A DNA stretch of 64,000 nucleotides from assembly GCF_963921235.1 (NCBI RefSeq), contig NC_086097.1, forward strand, positions 147,252,001 through 147,316,000. Direction: 5' to 3'. Both the position numbers and the translations under genes were made by a program. The stretch comes from Mobula hypostoma (Eukaryota). Positions 38,779 to 51,959 of the stretch are shown here, one piece after another (position 1 is the stretch's first letter; the number at the start of each line of letters is the position of its first letter). The notes under the pieces are model-generated. The model saw only the letters and a list, made by a program, of their open reading frames with translations. It ran no database searches and was not told the DNA's origin.

Positions 38779-39174
38779 GTGTTGTTGCCAACTTCTCTGC
38801 CTGTGGTTGGAAAGCTTATTGATGAAGGAAGGACTATGCTGCTCAAAGAAATCTGAAAAGTGATGAAAGCAGTGGTCCGACTGCAACAGTTTCTATAAGC
38901 AAAATGTCTGATATGTTAATGAAGCAGCTACTTGTGACATGTGGCTTGGTTTTAAGCTGGAAGAGAATTCAAGGAGCTTCAGGAAAGTTGTGAACATTTT
39001 GCTATTGTGAGTGTAAAGAACCAGAATCTACTCTGTGTATATTAAGGTTTTTGCATGAATTTCAAGTGAAAGACAAAAACTGTCTGTAAAAGTAGATGCA
39101 AAGACCAAAGTCGAGCTGGATGAATAGAAGGCCAAAAAGAAAGGCGTCGATAGAGAAATGAAAATCGAGGATTC
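38779..39174 (+). pseudogene. RBM25: Second, more decayed intron-less RBM25 fragment
   Basis: VLLPTSLPVVGK..., SGPTATV, SDMLMKQLLVTCGLVLSWKRIQGASGKL*..CYCECKEPESTL.ILRFLHEFQVKDK..VKVDAKTKVELDE*KAKKKG, with stops and frameshifts. Confidence 0.88.
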
Positions 39175-39402
39175 AACCCTTACAACCACCATGGAGGAGG
39201 CCCCAGAACCTGAGATCTTTTAACACAACAACAAGTCTCACCTGCCAAGCATAATGAACTCCCTTGTCAGGAAAGACATTATCCCAAGGAGTAAGAAATC
39301 CTCCACAGCAATTAAATCTTCAGGCCTGAATGGGATAATTTAAAATTTATTATGCTGTAGTTGTCTAGATAGTAGTTGTATATTATAGTATTTTGTATAT
39401 AC

Positions 39403-39624
39403 AGAAGAAGAAGAAGAAAAAAGCCCTTAACTCCGAGTGGAGTCATCGGGATGCCGTCATGACAGCGTTTTTTTTAGCAGGCTTTCTTATTTTTAAGAAG
39501 CCGAGTTGCTAGCTCAATGCTCAACCCAGCACGGATGGAAAGCGTGCAAGGGAGCCAGCTAGATTTGAACTCGGGAGTCTTCGCTTTGAAGTCCGGCACT
39601 GATGCCACTACACCACCAGCTGGC
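39403..39624 (-). mobile_element. tRNA-derived SINE nested in the LTR element
   Basis: Minus strand has TGGTGTAGTGG (A box), GAGTTCAAATC (B box) and a (TTC)n tail. TSD-like TATTKTGTATATA at 39389-39401 and 39625-39637. Confidence 0.8.
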
Positions 39625-41799
39625 TATTGTGTATATAGTATAGTTTATGAGTTGAGATGCATTCTATATTGAGTTGGAGTTTATAGCTAAGCAGGGAGGA
39701 GTGCTGTGTATTTAATATTTGAGTGATATTGTAAATAGATTGTTTGATTAAGCCATTGTTTGAGTAAGTATTCTTTGTTGTGGACATAATGCATTGCGAG
39801 TTACATGTAAAAGTACGTAAATGGCATAGGTCATTATTCTGCCATGTCATGCGTGCGTGTTTTGTTTAAAATATAAATGAAATACGACATGCATCTCTCA
39901 GTTTCCTTGTCTTTCTTTTGATTAGTTTAATGTTTTGGAGCTACAACACACAGCATCTGCCTGCACTAAATGCTGGCAAGAGAGAGGATAAAGCCTTTAA
40001 TCATTGTACAAGGCATGGATGTCAGTGGTAATTCAAAGGACAACACATCCTAACAGGTCACAACAGAAGAGGATACCCATTTTTTGGAAAAGCTAGCATG
40101 AGAAGCTCTGGATGGACACACAGTGAGCTCAAGCATGTGGAAAATATTTGTGCTATGTGAAGCCTACAGAATCTGGACAGTTGTTTTGGATGTTTTGTTT
40201 TTCATTAAAATCAAGTTAGCATCACAAGGATTGTATCATGTGGACAGTCGATCTTTCTGTAAATGAAGTAACAACGTTCAGGTAGAATATACCCTCAGAC
40301 TTTGTCTACCTCTGTGCATGTGTATGTGGGAGGAAGATGTGGAGACCATGGCTGGAAACAGGCGGTGGGGAGATGGTACTATGCACAATTCAAGTTTTTT
40401 TTGTCATGAATGATGTATTTTTATGTTAGTTTAAATATGCAGCTCCCCTCTGGTATCTTAGCGACTCAGTGAGGGAAAGATCCTGACAGCTAAGATTAAG
40501 GAAAATGCCGTGCAACTAGTCATGAAAAGCCTCGACTAAAGATGTTAGAAGGTTTTCTCAGAAAAGCCACTGAATAAATTATTATTATATGTTTAAAATT
40601 TAAAGACCTTTTGAGAAATCTAAATTAAGTTTCTCCAACTAGCATGGCAGCATTTGAAAAGCCTTTTTTGAGTTTTAAGTCAGGTGAAGTCGTTATATAC
40701 TACATGCAGCATACAGATCTCATAGTTACCAACATAGTGCAATATGAGTAATTAATTTATGCTTGGTAGGATAACTGACAAATGAATGCTGATATGATCA
40801 CCAAAGAAATCTGCCCATTGTTCAAGAAATGGCAGAGAACTTTCATCCTGGGAGCCAGTGGAGTGTTTGTAATGTCACAGGCAATGGCAGCACTGTAGTA
40901 CCTCTACAGTATTGAATAATGTTTATCTAGGAATAGAGCACAAGGGGGAACCTTGATAAAGGAATTTAAGGTTTTAAAGTGTTTATTTTGCCCTATAGAC
41001 AAAGAGAAGATGCTTAGTCCAGCAATAAAAGTCAGAAACAAGATCCACAAGTATCAGACAGTCACTATTAAATCTCTTTATGGTATTCAGGAAAAATGTC
41101 TTTAATCAAGAAAATGCCTAGAATGTGAGAAACCGTTCTTTCATTGCTTTCTAAAGCCAATGCAACTGCTAATAATTGTCTATCCACTGGTCAAGCACTG
41201 CATGACTCTCAGTGTTTATCCTCATCCATTCATTCTTCATTCCACTTGCTCGACACATTTATTGAGGTCAATGAAAAATGAATTGCATTTTGGACATACA
41301 ATTCCCATAACTATTACTGTTTGTAGAAAAGTGTTAGTTTAAAACTTATTCTTATTTGTTCGCTATGTACCCACAACTTTTAGCTCTGGTCTTTCAGTCG
41401 AAACAGAAACTGTTATTTCAGTAATCTTCTTTCTGCTTAGTAAGGTGGACACTTATAATTATTGCCATTAGTAATAGGCTAACAGAAGATGAATGGTTTT
41501 GATGATTGGTTATATAATCATAGTGGGTACACTTTTTAAAGATTTTGAAAGTAAAAATTCTTCAGACAAGTTTTAAAGGCAGGAGACCCAGAGTACTGGG
41601 CTGCTTTGAAGCTGTTCTATGACTCAACTGCTAGAATTATTTTTGCTTCTCATTCTGGAGTCTGAATTAACCAATTTACAGTTCAAAGTGTTAAAGTAGC
41701 AGAAGACAGAAGGAAGGCTGGGTTGATTTTCTTCTTATTTTGAAACATAAACTCACTACAACTGCCGTTACAATTTTTTTCTCACAAAATATCAACTAA

Positions 41800-42640
41800 A
41801 TTAGGAGAATGGCCAAGAAAGTAGCAAATGAAATACAATGTTGGAAAATGCATGGTCATACTCTTTGGTAGTAGAAATAAATATGCAGACTATTTTCTAA
41901 ATGAGGAGAAAATCCAGGAATCTGAAATGCAGTGGGACTTGGGAGTCCTTGTGCAGAACACCCTGAAGGTTAACTTGCAGGTTGAGTCGGCGGTGAGGAA
42001 GGCAAATGTCATGTTAGCGTTCATTTCAACAGGTCTAGAATACAAGAGCTGAGACTTTATAAGGCAATGGTGAGGCCTCACCTTGGGTATCGTGAATAAT
42101 TTTGGGCCCCCACATCTTAGAAAAGATGTGCTGGCATTGGAGAAGATCCAAAGGATGCTCACAAGGATGATTCCAGGAATGAAAGGGTTATCATACGAGG
42201 AATATTTGATGGCTCTGGGTCTGTCCTTGCCAGAATTCAAAAGGATCGGGGAGATCTCATTGAAACCTTTCGAATGTTGAAAGGCCTAGACAGAGTAGAG
42301 GTGGAAAGGATGTTTCCCATGACGGGACAGTCAAAGACAAGTGGGCATAGCCTGAGGAGAGAGGGGTGCCCTTTCAAAACAGAGATGCGGAGAAATTTCT
42401 TTAGCCAGAGGGTGGTGAATTTGTGGAATTTCTTGCCACAAGCAGCTGTGGAGGCCAGGTCGTTGGGTATATTTAAGGCAGAGATTGGTAGGTTCTTGAT
42501 TGGACATGGCATCAAAGGCTACAGGGCAAAGGCCATGAACTGGGGTTGAGGATCAGCCGTGATTGAATGGCGGAGCAGACTCGATGGGCCAGATGGCGAA
42601 ATTCTGCTCCTATGTCTTATGGTCTTATGATCTTATGGTC
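41800..42640 (+). mobile_element. CR1 LINE 3' fragment, relatively young
   Basis: MKYNVGKC.V..FG..N, DLGVLV, GLSYEE.L..LGL, GHSL, RRNFFSQRVVNLWN.LP motifs and a (TCTTATGG)n tail. Confidence 0.92.
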
Positions 42641-42799
42641 CGAACTCTGATTGACCTGAAGCTTTATTTTTTGGAAGTACATTTTTTGATTCCATCAAAA
42701 TAATTTAAATGCAGCTCCATTTCGATAGCAGAATAATATTTTGTGTACAGGTTGATACAATGGATCTGAGGATTATAAAGCATTATGTATGTTAACCAA

Positions 42800-42990
42800 C
42801 AGCAAGCCACACCATGGGACATTCATGTTAATTGACCTCATTATTTAGCTGAACTGGGAGGGTGGAAACCGGAGCACCTGGAGGAAACCCACACAGTCAC
42901 GGGGAGAACGTACAGACAGCTGCGGAAAATGAACCCAGGTTGCTGGAATAGCAAAGTATTGTGTTAACCACTCCGCTAAACTGCCACCCT
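42800..42990 (-). mobile_element. V-type tRNA SINE remnant
   Basis: GGAAACCGGAGCACCTGGAGGAAACCCACACAGTCACGGGGAGAACGTAC is the reverse complement of the V-SINE-like core. Confidence 0.7.
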
Positions 42991-45900
42991 AAATGACCTT
43001 CTCTTAGTCTGTTCCACATGACTACTGTCATGTTATAACTGCTGTCAGATAGGCACTTTATTCACTCTTATCTCTGTAAGTTGTTCAGATGCCTCTGCAT
43101 TATTCCTCTTCATTTTTCTTTTAGTTTCAGCTATAATAAATAATCTTTACAAGTAACGTTTGCCCAAATTGTCTAATAAACATCACCCAGATCACCTATA
43201 CTTTCCGGAAAAGTAACTACTACCACCCTCTCAACACAGCATCAACTGTTGCCTAAATGAGTCCAGAATTCCGACCTAAAACTACATTCCCAGGAATCTC
43301 TTTCATCTACTAATCGGTCTTTGAATATTTCCCGATCTCTCTTTTGAACATGCCTCCATAACTTTGAACAGCGTGTTGTAGTCTTTCGACCTAGGACAAA
43401 TGAAACTATTTCTTTTGGTTTGCACTCTGTATTATGTTAAACATTTGAAGGATCTCAAAGGCTCATTCTGGGAACTTTCTTTCCAAGTAGTAATTTTTTT
43501 TCCATGTGACTTACTTGCACTTCTGTTGGGAGAATTATCTACTCTGACTTCATGGCACAAAAGTTAGGAATTTCAGAATATTTTAAGAAGTGTTTTTTCC
43601 CTCTTCTCCTGCTAATATGCTCCATTGATGCCATCAAGCATTTAGAGATCAGTTTTGGAAAACTACTGAGTAAAAATAACCAATAAAAAAGGTAAAACAG
43701 GAAGAGGCTATTCAGCCACTAAGCTCTTTCTGTCTTGTCTTATTATGTACAAAATTCTTCTTGAACCATTATGGCACAGCTTGGTAAGTCAAATGCTTCA
43801 CTTTATTCACAGGGCAACCATGAAATCTTGACTCTTTCATATTTACAGACATATCCATGTAGCTGTGGGAGCTCCACACAGCTGCTTGAACTAGCCCACT
43901 TGGAAGATAGCATACATGAGACAAAATAACAAAAAACCTATCCATTACAAAGGTATTTTGCTCTAGATGTTAATGCTTTATTTTGCTTGTGAAACAATGA
44001 GTTATTATGGGGCCAAATGACTGATTGTAATAGTGAGTGTGAGAAAGCAATCTCTCCTGTATTTTACTTGTCAAAGTTGAACTTTCCAGATTGTTGACCC
44101 TTTGCTCCTGATGTAAAATCATTGAGTGAATAAAATGCAATAGAAACTTCACACATTATTAAACAAAACCTTGTCAGAAAATTCAAGCCTAGTTGGCATG
44201 CTGGCTCTGGGACCAATATACAACACAGCTTTGAACTTCCATGACATAGGAATGGCAATCTCCAAAACTCACCTTAATCATATTTTTGATTGGGCCTATA
44301 ATTAAAATGCATTTGCTGGACTGGGCATGTCACCGGAAAGTTATCCATTAAGGCAAGTAAGGTAACAAAATTGGTGCAGTGGTCATTCTCACAGTTGCCG
44401 TATGGGTACAATATACTGTACAGTTCTGGGTGCATGTGATTTGCTAATTAAATGAAATGCTGAAGGAGAAGCCACCTTCAGTAATAGTTGTATTCAGGTA
44501 AAGATAATGCATCCTAATAAATTAACAGTATATTATGATTTAGGTCTCCAATTTCCAGAGGTCATATGCACAATGATGAAGATTGCGATGGTCTACTTCT
44601 ACAAGCAGAAAATCATATACTGCTGGTTAAAGTTCTTTACAATAATCAGGTTAGAAGCATGGTGATATCAAATAACAAATATTAAACAACACGCTTTACC
44701 ATCCTCAGAACTAAGCAACTCCCCAGAGCATATTACAGTATAGCTGGACATGAAACACACAATCATATAGAAAATGGCAGGCAGATATAAGTTGGCTGCT
44801 CAGTCATGCCAGTTCCACATTCATATAATCTGAAGGGATCAGTCATTCTATCCATCATGCAGCTAAATAATCTCCAAGGAGAGTAAAAGCAAATAAAATC
44901 CTTGACTGATAAGGGTGGGCATAAATCTTTGGAAACATCTTCACAGATCCAGCTAGCTTTAAGAATCTACTTCTAGAAAAAGAATTAGGATAATTGCTTT
45001 CGTTCTGAAGATAGCTTCATCCTGCATATGACGCCGAGCAGACTTTGCAAGATGGAGGCTAAACAGGGGCCAGCCAATTGGTGGTAGAGGACTTTAGTTA
45101 GTCAAAGTTAAAGTCAAATTAAGTTTATTATTCTGTGCACAAGTAAGTGCATGCATACAGTAAGTGCAATAAAAATAACTTATAGCAGCATCTCTGGCAT
45201 GTAGCTTCATAGTTGCAACATTCAAAAAACAAAAAGTAAACATAAATTGTGTTCAATTTTTACATGAGAAACATTATTCAAACAAAAAGAGAGTGTGAAG
45301 TGATTGTAGTAGCCATGGTATTGCTGAACTGTAATGATCCGTGCTGTGCTAGTTGGTCCAAGAACCAAATAGTTGAAGGATTACTTTTCAGATCATGATG
45401 CAACCAGTCAGAATACTTCTGCAGTGATAAATTGTTGCCTCACTGTTCCAACAACCTAGGTTTTCTTCTGACCTCCAGTGCTGTTTGTATTGAGTTCTTC
45501 CTGAGACAGTCTGAGCTAGTATCCAATCTCTTCCCACATCCCAAAGACAGTATCCAATTTCTTCTCATATCCCAAAGATCTGCAGCTTGGTGCATTAAAT
45601 GATGACTGTAAACCATCTCTTGCATAAGGGATACATGAGGACGCTCACAGGAATGTAGGGAGTACAGGTTACAGGGACGACTAGTGGAAGGGTGGGATTG
45701 CTTTGTGAATTGACTCAGACACAATGAGCTAACATGGTCTCATCTGTTGAATGAAAATATGAGAAATGGCTGGAGTCACCAGTGAAAGTAGTGGAGCATT
45801 TGGAAATTAATCATCATGGCCCTTGGAGACTACTGAAGGAGTTCCTCAGAGAAGTATATGCAGCCGTCAGATGTTTCATTACAAGAGACGGCATGTGATG

Positions 45901-47129
45901 CAGCCATTAGCAGTATCGTCTCACAGCTCCATATTTGAACCTGATCTTAGGTGTGGAATTTCATCTCTGCCCATGCATATATGGGTTCTGATCAGGTCTT
46001 CTGCTTCCTCCTATATTTCAAAGGGCTAGACAGTGACTAGATATTCCATGATGATTGACACACCTGCAGTAAGGCAATAGCACATTCACAATTCACCAGT
46101 TATGGCAGGATTGGACAGCCAATTGCTGCCATTGATCTTATTTTTCATTTCTCTAGCTATACCTATGTTGGATTTCTTTTGGTTGTTCCTCCCTGTACAT
46201 TACATTTCAATGGGAGCTGGTGGGCCTGGGTTTTACACTCAACTTCTTCTCATGTGTGCTGTTCCTATTCATCTTTGCTTTGAGAATGTCAAGTAAAATA
46301 AGTAAAAGAGAGTATAGTGAAGGGAACAGATCCACAAGTGGGACCCGGGGTGAGATTCAGGAAGGTGCCGCCTTCTCAATCTTCAGCCAGTGATACCTTT
46401 GCTCTTTATTTCAGCCAGTCTCTTATTTTTTTGGAGTCCTCTGAGCTGCCACTTCTTCAGAATTCACAACAGAAATGTGCCTTGAGAAACTGAACCACGT
46501 GGTAAGGCGCCGGTCCAGTGTTGCCCATCCTATGGCAAGTTCCATAAAATCCAGCTCAGAGCACCATACTCCTCATTTCACCACTGAATCAAGGTAGCTT
46601 AATGAGATGGTGCCCACATTTAGGACAAGCTTGATGAGAAAAGAAAAGCTGCATTTTTGAAACTATCAACTAAACATTAAGGAAGTATGAAAGAGATAAA
46701 TGTGGGATTAATAAAACTGACTTTAAAATAGAGTAGTATTTGTTGGTAACACCTATTCAGTTGGGACTAATATTTCCCTAATCTAATGATATCTCATTGG
46801 GATGTCCTGTGGGATGCCAAGTAATGAGTCTTACAGCCTCTGACTTGCACTTACAGTTTTAGAATTTATGTGGTTGATTCAGTTGCATTTCTGGGGGTAA
46901 TGTTGACCACAAGAATCTAAGCGAACACTATTGAAGTGGTTTATAGTCATTAAGTAGAAACCATAGCATAGGACAGAGTATAAATGATAAACTTGAACAA
47001 GCATGGGAGACTCGCATAGATGTAGTTAATGAAGCTTGAAGGGCAAAGTAATAGATTGCATGTGATACTGTTTCCATGAACAACATATCAAGGATCCAGC
47101 TGGGAAAAAAAAATTCTGATATTTTCTTG

Positions 47130-47440
47130 TGACAGAGAAGGGAGCCTTTCAACCAACAAAGTCTATGCCAGCTCTCAGACAGTCCATTAGTTCCATTCCC
47201 CCACTTATTTTCCTGCATCCTATTCCCTCACATGACTATCTATTCTCTTGTGAGCCCCCTACACTAATAAGTAATTAAACAGGTCAATCAACCCACCCAC
47301 ATATATTTGAAACGTGAGAGGACACAAAAGCATTCAGGAGAGATACACACTGTCGCAGAAAGAACATGCAAACTCCACACAGACAGTATCTCAGATGATG
47401 ATTGAGCACCACTCAGTAGCAGCATTAACTATTGCACCAT
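47130..47440 (-). mobile_element. V-type SINE remnant with CR1-like tail
   Basis: AGAACATGCAAACTCCACACAGACAG core. Related decayed copies lie at about 45480-45750, 45880-46070 and 48545-48620. Confidence 0.55.
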
Positions 47441-50400
47441 TCTTGACAATTTTTCAGACATGATTAATCAGAAATCTTGCAGAAGATCAAACCTTGGGAA
47501 AAAGAAAACATAATACAGAGGATTTTGAATTTCGTGAGTGTTGCACTTCATTTCAAAATTTGGGTCTAAATTTTAATTAAAGTCAACTATGAATGTAAGA
47601 AGGAGTGGGTTATGAAATAATATAATAGATAAGCAATGCTAAATATTTTTTAAGAAGTTAAAAATTCTCATCAAATATATATTCTCTCCTGAGGAAGTAA
47701 AACTCTAGAAATGGGAGAACTATCACTCCAGCAACATTAAGAATGACGTTGGATTAAAGAATTAGGCTCTCAAGAGGATAACCAAGTCTAATAATTGCAG
47801 TCTATGAAAATGAGCAAAGGATAACTAAAAGACTGGAAGAAAATTAGGGAGGAAACTGAAATACATTAAGAGTGAAAGACCAGTAAAAATAAACCTGGGT
47901 GTTGTAGGGGCAGTATCAAAAGAGATGATCATGAGGAAAGTACTGGAGGTGTTAGGCAAGTATATTGAATGTCCTGTCACAGACAAAAAAAAATACTGGA
48001 AGTTATAGGGAGCCAGTGGTTCAGTGAAAGTAAGGAATGCAAAGCAATTGTTAAAGTTAAGCTACTGGAGAAATTAGGGGAACTAAATAAAAGTTCTCAG
48101 ATCAAAATGTGAATGGAGATCACCGATGATTCTCTCAAAACTGTTCCATCATTCAATATAATCATAGTTGATCTAATAATTCATGTACGTACTTACCTTC
48201 TTCCTATTTCCATTAATGACTTAAAAAACCAGTCTTGGTCCTAAATTAATAATTGATCAAGTATCAAGATGATCCAGACAAATCATCCACAAACTTCTCT
48301 CTTGTAAGACCTAACTTTAATTTTTAGTCCATGCCATTTCTAAGCCAATGTTTCCATCTTCCACATGTAGCAATAGTTTCTTTCTTTTTATTTTATCAGT
48401 TCCCTTCATAAATTGAAATTTCTGTCAAATTACTCCTTAAGCAGAATTTCAGGGATTACCAACTTGTTTTGTGTAGTCTTTGCTCATGATTTAACCCATG
48501 AAATTCTGTCACACACTTCTCTGATCCTGAACTTGGGTGCTTTCTGAATAGAACCTGCCTGTTTCCCTTGTGGCTTTGTGGTTTTCTGTTGTGTTCTTTG
48601 ATTTCCTCCCACGTCACAAAGAATCAGAATCAGACTCAGGTATTATATCACCGGCATATGTTGTTCACTTTGTGGCAGCAGTGCAATGCAATATAATAGA
48701 GGAAAAAACCTGTGAATTACAGTAAGTATATATGCAGGTAAGTTTTTTGACTCCTTAACTTTACCTTTAGTGACAAAAGTGACAAATAGAATCAAACAGC
48801 CGTGTCGGAAGGACGAAGTTGCAGGGGGCATACAGAGACCAATGGGATCACCCTCCTGAAAGTCACCATTGATAAAATGGGCTGAATATTCTCGTTTTGT
48901 GACACGATAGGTAAATAAACCCAGAAATCAAAAGTAAAATAACTAATCATTTTGCAAAAGGAAATATGCCAGACCACGCTTCACATTTGTTCTTACTGAA
49001 TAGTATATTGTTTCCAATTATAGTAGGTTACTAGAGCTATTATTTTGAAGTGTCACTTTTGCCAGCCGAGTTAAGAGTATGATACATTGAAGCCCAGAGA
49101 AATGTGGTGTGTTGTTCGTGAACTGCTGGCAGTGAATCACGATATGCATCTGTTAGTTCAATGACTAGGAAGATTTCAACATATAGATAAACCATTGTCC
49201 AACAGAAAATTTCTGAAAAAGAAAATCCTAAAACAGTACACAGTTGAATAGACTGAGTTTCTATCTCAACTTGTTGAGCAAGAAAGGTCATGAATCTATC
49301 CTGTTCAGCATAATTACTTGTGGCTATAAAAAATTTCTCATCTCATGATCTAGATTCACATGTTCAAAAGAAGGAAGGTGACACAATCAGAGCCAAGAGA
49401 AACAGCCCATTGAACCTGAACCCTTTACTGAAACCAAAGCAGTATGAGATCTATTTTAGAACTGGAAATAATGTTAAATGTTTTTCAACGACCGGTTGGA
49501 AGTCCACCATTTGCATCAGTGGGAATATAATAAAAGGTGAAAGATATTAAGATGCAGGCAATGAAAAATTGATCCACATACAACAATGCTCACACCAAAA
49601 TCAATTAATATGTCATCTAGGCATTCAAATAAATACAAAATCCTGTGGATATCTGGAAGTCCTGGAAATAGCTTAAGCAAACTCACCAGTGAGAAAAAAC
49701 AAGTTTTATTATGTTAATTCAATGAGATTTATAACTGAAAAATATTAAAAGAAGAACGAGAAAGCAGAGAGGCATGAAAGGCAGAAAATGAGGTGAGAAC
49801 GGGTGTACATTACAGCATTACATAACAAAAGAGATGTTAGTACAAGGCAAAAAAGATAATTGAAAATCACAAAAGCTGGATTCCCTTGGGACATTGAATA
49901 ACTTCCATTTTAGTTATTAAAATTGAAATAGATCTCAGTGTCTTCTTTTCAATTCTGGCTGTAAGATCCAAAATTCATTTCTCTGAACCCTTACCATGCC
50001 AACCTTAAGGATTAAGGATTAAGGATCTATGAGATTTGCAATGGATCTTTTGAACATATTTATGAATTTAATACATTTGATGCAAATAGATTCAGACTTA
50101 TATACTATATCCAAGAAAGAAGCTGTTTCTGAAGCAATCAATGTGGGTCTTCAAGCTCCTGTTTCTCCACCCCAATGATAGTAACAAGAAGAAGGCATGT
50201 CCCAGATGGTGAGGTCCTCAGTGATCAATGCCACCTTCTTGAAGCACTGCCTCTTTTTTTTTTTAATTTTATTTTTATTTGGATAAGGAATTCACAAATA
50301 TCATGTACTTTTTTCACACATATAACCTTTTCCATTTTTTTATATGTATAAAACTACAATTATTTATACATTCTTAAGTACACATTGAGATGATATAAAA

Positions 50401-51959
50401 GGAAAATAAACACTTAAATAGATAATTATGTACTGTGGTAAATCTAACCTATTAGGCTAAGTAATGGTATTAGTTGATAAGAAAAATGGTAATAATAGTT
50501 TCCATATAACCCTTCTGGACCATTTCCACTGGTCCAAAATGTTGTATATAAGCCTATGTAACAACCATTGTAGGTGTTTATATCCCAATTTGTTCATGCT
50601 TGCTCCTGCCTGCAGACATAATTATCCAATCCCCATGTACTTATTTACTTAATTTTTTCATTTTTTTTATCCCTTTCCCAAATCTTTCCCTTTACTTGTG
50701 TTAATTCTCTATTTTCCAAAAGAAAACAAAAAAAAAAGACATTTAGACTAGGGGTGCTTACGTTAGCAATATTACTGTGTGGATGAGAAGAGCAGTATAA
50801 ATCATTAGGAGAGTCATCTAAAGTCTGCTCGCATTGGGGTTATATATTCAATCCATTTATTCCAGATTTGATAAAATTTTTCTTTTTGAATTCTCAGGGA
50901 GTAAGTCAACTTTTCCATTTTAAATATTTCCAAGATAATTTTGTGCCAATCTTCTAATGCAGGTGGTATTGGATTTAGCCATTTTCTAGTGATTGATTTC
51001 TTACTTGCCACGAAGAGGGCCTGCAGCAACTTTATATCTTCCTTCTGTTCAAGAAACAATACATGCCCCAAATAGAGCGTCTCAAAGTTCAGAGGTATCT
51101 GGGACCTAAGTACCTTAACTAATGTTCTATGAATACCTTCCCAATATAGACTTAATTTAGGGCAATCCCAGAAAATATGAAAATAATTTGCCTCCTTGGA
51201 GCCACACCTTCTCCAACACATCACATTTGTATCTTTATATTTTTCCTGATATGGGGTCTTGAAGTATCTTATAATGTTTTTCCAACAATGTTCTCTCCAA
51301 GTCAAAGAATTAGTCGAGGACCATTGAAAGCTGCAGATTTTCCCCCAAGCCTCCTCTGAAAGTACCAACCCCGCTTCTTTCTCCCACTTCTCTTTAATAT
51401 ACAGTGTATTTACATTTTTAGCATGGGAGAGTGCATTATATAATCGAGAAACTGATTTACTAGGTATTGAACTGCAAGCCGAATTCAGAATCTTGAAAAA
51501 TTCTAATTCTACTGTTGATAGGTCTGTATATCTACAACTCTGGTTAACATAGTTTCGTACTTGAAGGTACCTAAAAAAGTCATTATGTTCTAGGCCATGT
51601 TTGTCCTGCAGGATTTGGAAACTTTGTAATACTCTTTTATCTATAAATGAGAGGTAGGTTGTAAGACCTTTCTTTATCCATAGCTCAAATCTTTTATCTC
51701 CTCTGTTGGGAAGGAATTCAGTATCATATGCACACCATCTAAAGAGTTTTAACATGTTATTAATTCCACATAAATTAACCACCTTCTGCCATACTTTTAA
51801 TGTAAGATTTATCCAACTGTTTTTTATTTTTTCCAATTGGGCCATCAATCCTTTGTCAGCTATTGAGGCCTGTAGAGGAAAACTGTCAACTAATCCAAAT
51901 TCTATTTCCTTCCAACTAGCCTTATATTCCCTATTACACCAATATAACAGAGGGATTAT

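Larger units (their letters stand above)
37738..39955 (+). mobile_element. Gypsy-type LTR retrotransposon carrying a captured RBM25 fragment (copy 2, 5' LTR not seen)
   Basis: Gag N-terminus (GKIDGFD...WILYT...EQYFKA.EIA.EK.VPV.. and EHFQFRKWNQEEGESI), knuckle remnants, RBM25 cargo, PPT AAGCAGGGAGGAG and 3' LTR 39702-about 39955. Colinear with 27292-29300. Confidence 0.85.

Noticed and set aside
46415..46501. Plus-strand exon candidate (TTTGCTCTTTATTTCAG ... GTAAGG)
   Set aside because: Good splice signals, but all three frames contain stops and no partner exons were identified.
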